The notes under the pieces are model-generated. The model did not search any database. It was given only the letters and a program-made list of their open reading frames with translations, and was not told the origin of the DNA. A program made the translations under genes and the position numbers. From IMG/VR virus record IMGVR_UViG_3300020477_001468, positions 11,022-75,021 of that record: DNA of 64,000 bases, one strand, 5' to 3'. This document shows, one piece after another, positions 60,321 to 64,000 of the stretch. The DNA is from a virus. Positions within the stretch are counted from its first letter, which is position 1. Every line of letters begins with the position of its first letter.

Positions 60321-60881
60321 TTAGCTTCTAACGAATTTGCCTACTTTACCTTTGGCAGAAGTATAAATTTCTGTGAGTTCTATCTCGTCAATTACTTTAC
60401 CATCCTCATCTTTTAATTCATATGATCCTAGTGCCATATCATCTCGGATTTCATCATAGAACTCTTCTTTAGTCACTTTTTTTGCCTCTGTCTTTTTCTT
60501 GCTTTCTTTAGGCTCTTCTTTATCTTCATCATCATCATCACCTTCTTCTTCGTCATCGTCACCATTACCATTTTTCTTCTTAGCTACTGCTTTAGCTAAT
60601 GCAGGAGGAAGTTCGCCTTCTTTAACGTCTTTCTTTTTACTTTCCTCTTGTTCTTCATCATCTCCATTTTCATCATCATCTTCACCTTCTTCGTCTTCAT
60701 CATCATCGTCTTCATCATCTTCTTTAACTTTACCTTTAGCAGCTTCCATAACTTGATCTTTACCCTTCTCAAGAATATCCATCAAAAACTGCTTTGTTTC
60801 TTCACTCATAAAACGTGAACGCGAAACTAATGATTTAATACCATCAATCTCTTTTTGTTTATAAAATTCCGAAAAATCCAT
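60321..60881 (-). CDS. Highly acidic low-complexity protein, putative head core/internal protein
   Basis: D/E tracts, MDFSEF start, ELPPALAKAVAKKK; AGGAG RBS. Confidence 0.6.
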   Translation of the reverse strand: MDFSEFYKQKEIDGIKSLVSRSRFMSEETKQFLMDILEKGKDQVMEAAKGKVKEDDEDDDDEDEEGEDDDENGDDEEQEESKKKDVKEGELPPALAKAVAKKKNGNGDDDEEEGDDDDEDKEEPKESKKKTEAKKVTKEEFYDEIRDDMALGSYELKDEDGKVIDEIELTEIYTSAKGKVGKFVRS

Positions 60882-60893
60882 TGTGACTCCTTA

Positions 60894-61142
60894 TTATTTT
60901 AGTCGATAAATGCGTTTGATGTTTTTTAACTTAGGAGAATCCTTCATGATAGTTATAGTACCTTTTTTCAGATCCAATCTATAATCCCTCATTGGTTTTA
61001 AACCAGCTGCTTGTAAATCATTTTCAAGATCATCAATCATTGATTCATCGCTTTTAAAAGCATTCAATCCTTTTAAAACAACTTTTCCTTCATGAACTTG
61101 ATTTACAGCTTGATTTAATGACTGTAACGTTGATGTTTTCAT
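60894..61142 (-). CDS. Hypothetical protein, putative internal head protein
   Basis: AGGAG RBS; MKTSTLQSLNQAVNQVHE-G leader. Confidence 0.55.
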   Translation of the reverse strand: MKTSTLQSLNQAVNQVHEGKVVLKGLNAFKSDESMIDDLENDLQAAGLKPMRDYRLDLKKGTITIMKDSPKLKNIKRIYRLK

Positions 61143-61595
61143 TTAGCTCCTAAAGTCTATTTGACAACCATTTTCACCATCTTCGGAAACGTCAATAAGA
61201 CAACCTCTGTCTGGATAATGGTCTTTTATGTATTCATACAAATCTTCGGCCATCATTTCACATGATTTAAAGTCAGCTTGCATCGTCCCTTTATCGTATA
61301 AGGCTTCAAGCTCTCTTTTAAGTAAGATGAATTCAACATCTCGATCATCATGAAAAACCTCTAACTGAACCTTAAAATGAAAGATGTGTCTATGTTCATT
61401 CCCTAAGAATGACACCTCAGCCAATTTAGGATCTGTTGCGGCCTGAGGATATTTATGTATTCCCTCTTTTTGGAATGTTACCCAAATATATCGCTTCATT
61501 TTTAAAACCTTTGTGTTTATTTCATTATTATAAGACTGCCGTTGACGCATCCAGTCTTGATGTTCTGGACTATGTGCTTTGTATAACATATACAT
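61143..61595 (-). CDS. QueD-like (6-pyruvoyl/6-carboxy-tetrahydropterin synthase-type T-fold) protein
   Basis: EGIH, HRHIFH, SCEMMA, VSEDGENG; adjacent to folE2; true start may be downstream. Confidence 0.7.
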   Translation of the reverse strand: MYMLYKAHSPEHQDWMRQRQSYNNEINTKVLKMKRYIWVTFQKEGIHKYPQAATDPKLAEVSFLGNEHRHIFHFKVQLEVFHDDRDVEFILLKRELEALYDKGTMQADFKSCEMMAEDLYEYIKDHYPDRGCLIDVSEDGENGCQIDFRS

Positions 61596-61598
61596 TAT

Positions 61599-62645
61599 TC
61601 ATCTTAATCCTCCTGGAATACCTTTATAAATTACACCAACAGCATTCCAAGGATGTAAACTTTCAAAATGTTCTACTACAACACAAAAATCCTTTATTCG
61701 TTCAAAATTATTTAATGCTTCATACATTATTCTACAAACATCTTCACTAAACAATAGATTTGAACCATTTAATTCAGCAAATGCTTGCTCATCTCGTCTT
61801 TTCACAATAACTTGAACTTCAGTAGGAATATGTTTTCGACACAATTCAACAATATCTTCAATCCACACTATTTTCTCAGGATCAAATTCAATTTTTACTC
61901 TCGCTCGACTTCTTTGACTATGTGCATTTGCTGCAGCTTTACGTTTACTTTTAGCATCATGTGCTAATTCAAAACTACAAGGACAAGTTGAACTGTAAAT
62001 ATAATCTACAGTTAAATAATATTTCCATTCTGGTCCATAAGCCTCATCCCATCCTTCCATTTTATGATGCCATTGACTTTCAAACTCAATATCATAAGCA
62101 ATATGTCCTCTCATTTTTTTGTCTGAAATCCAAGTACCATCAGATAATGTTATACCCTTATCACTTTTATGTAAATAAGCATTTGTTCCACTTTTATCTT
62201 CAGGTTTAATCATAGCATCTCTCGTTCTAAGAGCATTTTGATACCATGGATATTTAAATCTCAACTTAACATAAGCATTATCTGAACCTTGCTTCTTTGC
62301 CATTTCTTGAAGAATGTCTTGCATAGAACCTAAAGCATCTTTTTCAGCCATACGTTCTTGCATTAACAAATAAAACCGTGATAAATTCAAACCCTTAGCA
62401 TAAGGATCATCTAATGAACAATATAAAGATGCCGCAGCTAAAAGTTTTTCATTTTCTTCGCTATCTCTACGTTTTACATATATTGGCATGTCAACAGGAG
62501 CGATTCCAACTTTTTGTATTGGTACTCTTGCTCCTGGTAAAATTGGATCTATTTGTGGATCAGGTAAGTCTTTGTCTAGGGGATAAAAATCTTCATCATA
62601 TGAGAAGATTAAGTCATTCATTTTTTTACTATAATCAATCGCCAT
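61599..62645 (-). CDS. folE2: GTP cyclohydrolase I type B
   Basis: KVGI, SSTCPCS, AHSQRS, VKR.DE, F.ED, H.ESLH..NA. Confidence 0.92.
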   Translation of the reverse strand: MAIDYSKKMNDLIFSYDEDFYPLDKDLPDPQIDPILPGARVPIQKVGIAPVDMPIYVKRRDSEENEKLLAAASLYCSLDDPYAKGLNLSRFYLLMQERMAEKDALGSMQDILQEMAKKQGSDNAYVKLRFKYPWYQNALRTRDAMIKPEDKSGTNAYLHKSDKGITLSDGTWISDKKMRGHIAYDIEFESQWHHKMEGWDEAYGPEWKYYLTVDYIYSSTCPCSFELAHDAKSKRKAAANAHSQRSRARVKIEFDPEKIVWIEDIVELCRKHIPTEVQVIVKRRDEQAFAELNGSNLLFSEDVCRIMYEALNNFERIKDFCVVVEHFESLHPWNAVGVIYKGIPGGLR

Positions 62646-62943
62646 TATCTATTTTATATAATGTGTATGTCACTGTTAATTCTTCACCCATTTTAATATC
62701 ACGAGTTGCTATAAGGTGGTAAAAATTAGTAAGTAAATCTTTCATTTTAGCACAATTAGCATTATCTGAATGGTTAATAAATCCACCTAAAGGTGTTCGA
62801 ATCCACTTATCTTCCATTCGTTCATCATGGATATGAGAAATGCCTAGTACTGTTCCTTTTTCAATATCATCCAATGCCAGAAGGCCTAAACCATCTATTT
62901 TAGACGGTCCTATTGTTAACACGTCTGGTAGTGGTCGATACAT
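62635..62943 (-). CDS. SET domain protein
   Basis: S.I.GLGL.A..DI..G, FINHS..ANC, RDIK.GEELT..Y. Confidence 0.9.
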   Translation of the reverse strand: MYRPLPDVLTIGPSKIDGLGLLALDDIEKGTVLGISHIHDERMEDKWIRTPLGGFINHSDNANCAKMKDLLTNFYHLIATRDIKMGEELTVTYTLYKIDNGD

Positions 62944-63194
62944 TAATTTAAATAAGGAGACATGGTGTCAAAAACTTCAGGGGAACGCAGACCCATTCGA
63001 TGAGTAAAGTACTGAAAGGCTTTTTCATTTTCTTCACTAGATGGATGAAAATTTGCTTCCTCATATTGATGCATTACTTCTCGAGCCTCTCTTAATTGTG
63101 TATCATTAAATTTACTAATCACACCATTAGGTTCTTCTAAGATCAACACATCTTGTTCTTCGTCGTAAAACATCTCTACATATCTCATTTTCAT
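62943..63194 (-). CDS. Hypothetical protein
   Basis: 83-aa ORF directly downstream of a sigma70-type promoter. Confidence 0.6.
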   Translation of the reverse strand: MKMRYVEMFYDEEQDVLILEEPNGVISKFNDTQLREAREVMHQYEEANFHPSSEENEKAFQYFTHRMGLRSPEVFDTMSPYLN

Positions 63195-63200
63195 TGTACT

Positions 63201-63229
63201 ATTATCTCAAATATTAGAATAAAAGTCAA
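63201..63229 (-). promoter_or_regulatory. Sigma70-type promoter
   Basis: TTGACT-17 bp-GATAAT; shares TTGACTTTTATT with the gp32 promoter. Confidence 0.7.
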
Positions 63230-63237
63230 CTACTAAT

Positions 63238-63711
63238 TTATTTAACAATTGGTGGATCTCCACATTCTGAATTTTCAGGTGTATGTGGATACCAATCAGG
63301 AACGCCATATTTACCTTCCCAATCATAATCGTAGATCATCCACATTTGTTTTTTCCCTTGACAATATTCACAGTACATGAATTCTTCTTTCATTTCAAAA
63401 CCACCAGGTACTTGTTTAGAATGTACACATCCTGTTTGTTTCCATCCTCTTATAGGCTTTAAATCCTTAAAGATTGTTCCTTCCAATCCGCCCATTCTTT
63501 TTGTCAAATCCATACATTGTTCACCTTCTTTGAGATTCTTACATTGCTGTCTTTGCCTGAGAGGATCATCCCAAAAATCCCAATCTGGATCTGAATTTCC
63601 AAAGAAATACCCCCATGCTCCTTCGGGATGTTGTTCGATACCATCCATCATACCAAATCTTCCGCATCCAATAACAAATAATAAACAAAAAATTAAAACA
63701 TATTTCATCAA
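63238..63711 (-). CDS. Putative Cys-rich lipoprotein
   Basis: MMKYVLIFCLLFVIGC signal peptide and lipobox. Confidence 0.6.
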   Translation of the reverse strand: MMKYVLIFCLLFVIGCGRFGMMDGIEQHPEGAWGYFFGNSDPDWDFWDDPLRQRQQCKNLKEGEQCMDLTKRMGGLEGTIFKDLKPIRGWKQTGCVHSKQVPGGFEMKEEFMYCEYCQGKKQMWMIYDYDWEGKYGVPDWYPHTPENSECGDPPIVK

Positions 63712-64000
63712 TCTGTTGGCTCTCTTATTTCTTGTGATCCTCTACACTTTGCATCGCACTCAGAATGATTATATAATATGTCAAGATAATCTTTAATAGA
63801 ATGGTCTAAGCCATCTGTTTGTAAAATACCTCTCTCTTCATGAGTTTCACTCCATGATAATTTTTCAATATCTATTACTACCCCGGAGTGAACATAAGGT
63901 AAAGGAGGAAGAAAAGGCACAGGATCATTCCTATCAACCACACGCCAATGATTGGGTTCGTTAAAATAAAATGTAGTACTGACTTTTGGGCTTCCGAAAG
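63708..64000 (-). CDS. Class 3 lipase-like alpha/beta hydrolase (C-terminal part; 5' end outside the window)
   Basis: Frame open to the edge: FGSPKV...WRVVDRNDPVPFLP..YVHSG...DHSIKDY. Confidence 0.8.
   Translation of the reverse strand, partial: FGSPKVSTTFYFNEPNHWRVVDRNDPVPFLPPLPYVHSGVVIDIEKLSWSETHEERGILQTDGLDHSIKDYLDILYNHSECDAKCRGSQEIREPTD

Noticed and set aside
399-63796. Many short opposite-strand or alternate-frame ORFs in the track (e.g. 24114..24479, 49659..49895, 58295..58666, 60499..60756, 63377..63796)
   Set aside because: They lie within well-supported genes, show no motifs, and reflect antisense codon bias or low complexity
1-64000. Stop-codon reassignment, tRNAs, introns/inteins, homing endonucleases, mobile elements
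   Set aside because: Core genes are intact under the standard code, intergenic gaps are too short, and no such motifs were seen

Overview
An AT-rich, densely coded segment of a large T4-like myovirus genome; the host is not identifiable from this window. It has three parts. (1) ~1-22.6 kb is an accessory enzyme island with 8 GT-A-type and 2 possible GT-B-type glycosyltransferases, 6 radical SAM enzymes plus a stand-alone SPASM/twitch ORF, 2 SGNH-like proteins, 2 Fe(II)/2OG-type oxygenases, a kinase-fold protein, a Gfo/Idh/MocA oxidoreductase, a LamG lipoprotein, a Usg-like protein and an unannotated 32-aa peptide. (2) ~22.6-55.2 kb is the tail/baseplate module: fibres, VrlC-like protein, gp8, gp7, gp6, gp25, gp5, gp53, gp48, gp4, gp2, gp54, gp26, gp51, gp29-like. 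(3) ~55.2-64 kb holds gp32, gp59, gp33, dCTP deaminase/dUTPase, dNMP kinase, a partial 7-deazaguanine DNA-modification set (DpdA-like, QueD-like, FolE2), a seventh radical SAM with a separate SPASM ORF, putative internal head proteins, a SET protein and a class-3 lipase. The best candidate for an undescribed system is a phage-encoded, late-expressed virion-protein glycosylation/tailoring pathway. A GT and an oxygenase sit at the end of the fibre operon, late-promoter motifs occur in the island, one fibre-like protein ends in (Y-[TS]-G-[TN]) repeats, and the virion proteins look enriched in [AS]-N-[ST] motifs. All functional calls come from motif recognition by eye; no searches were run.
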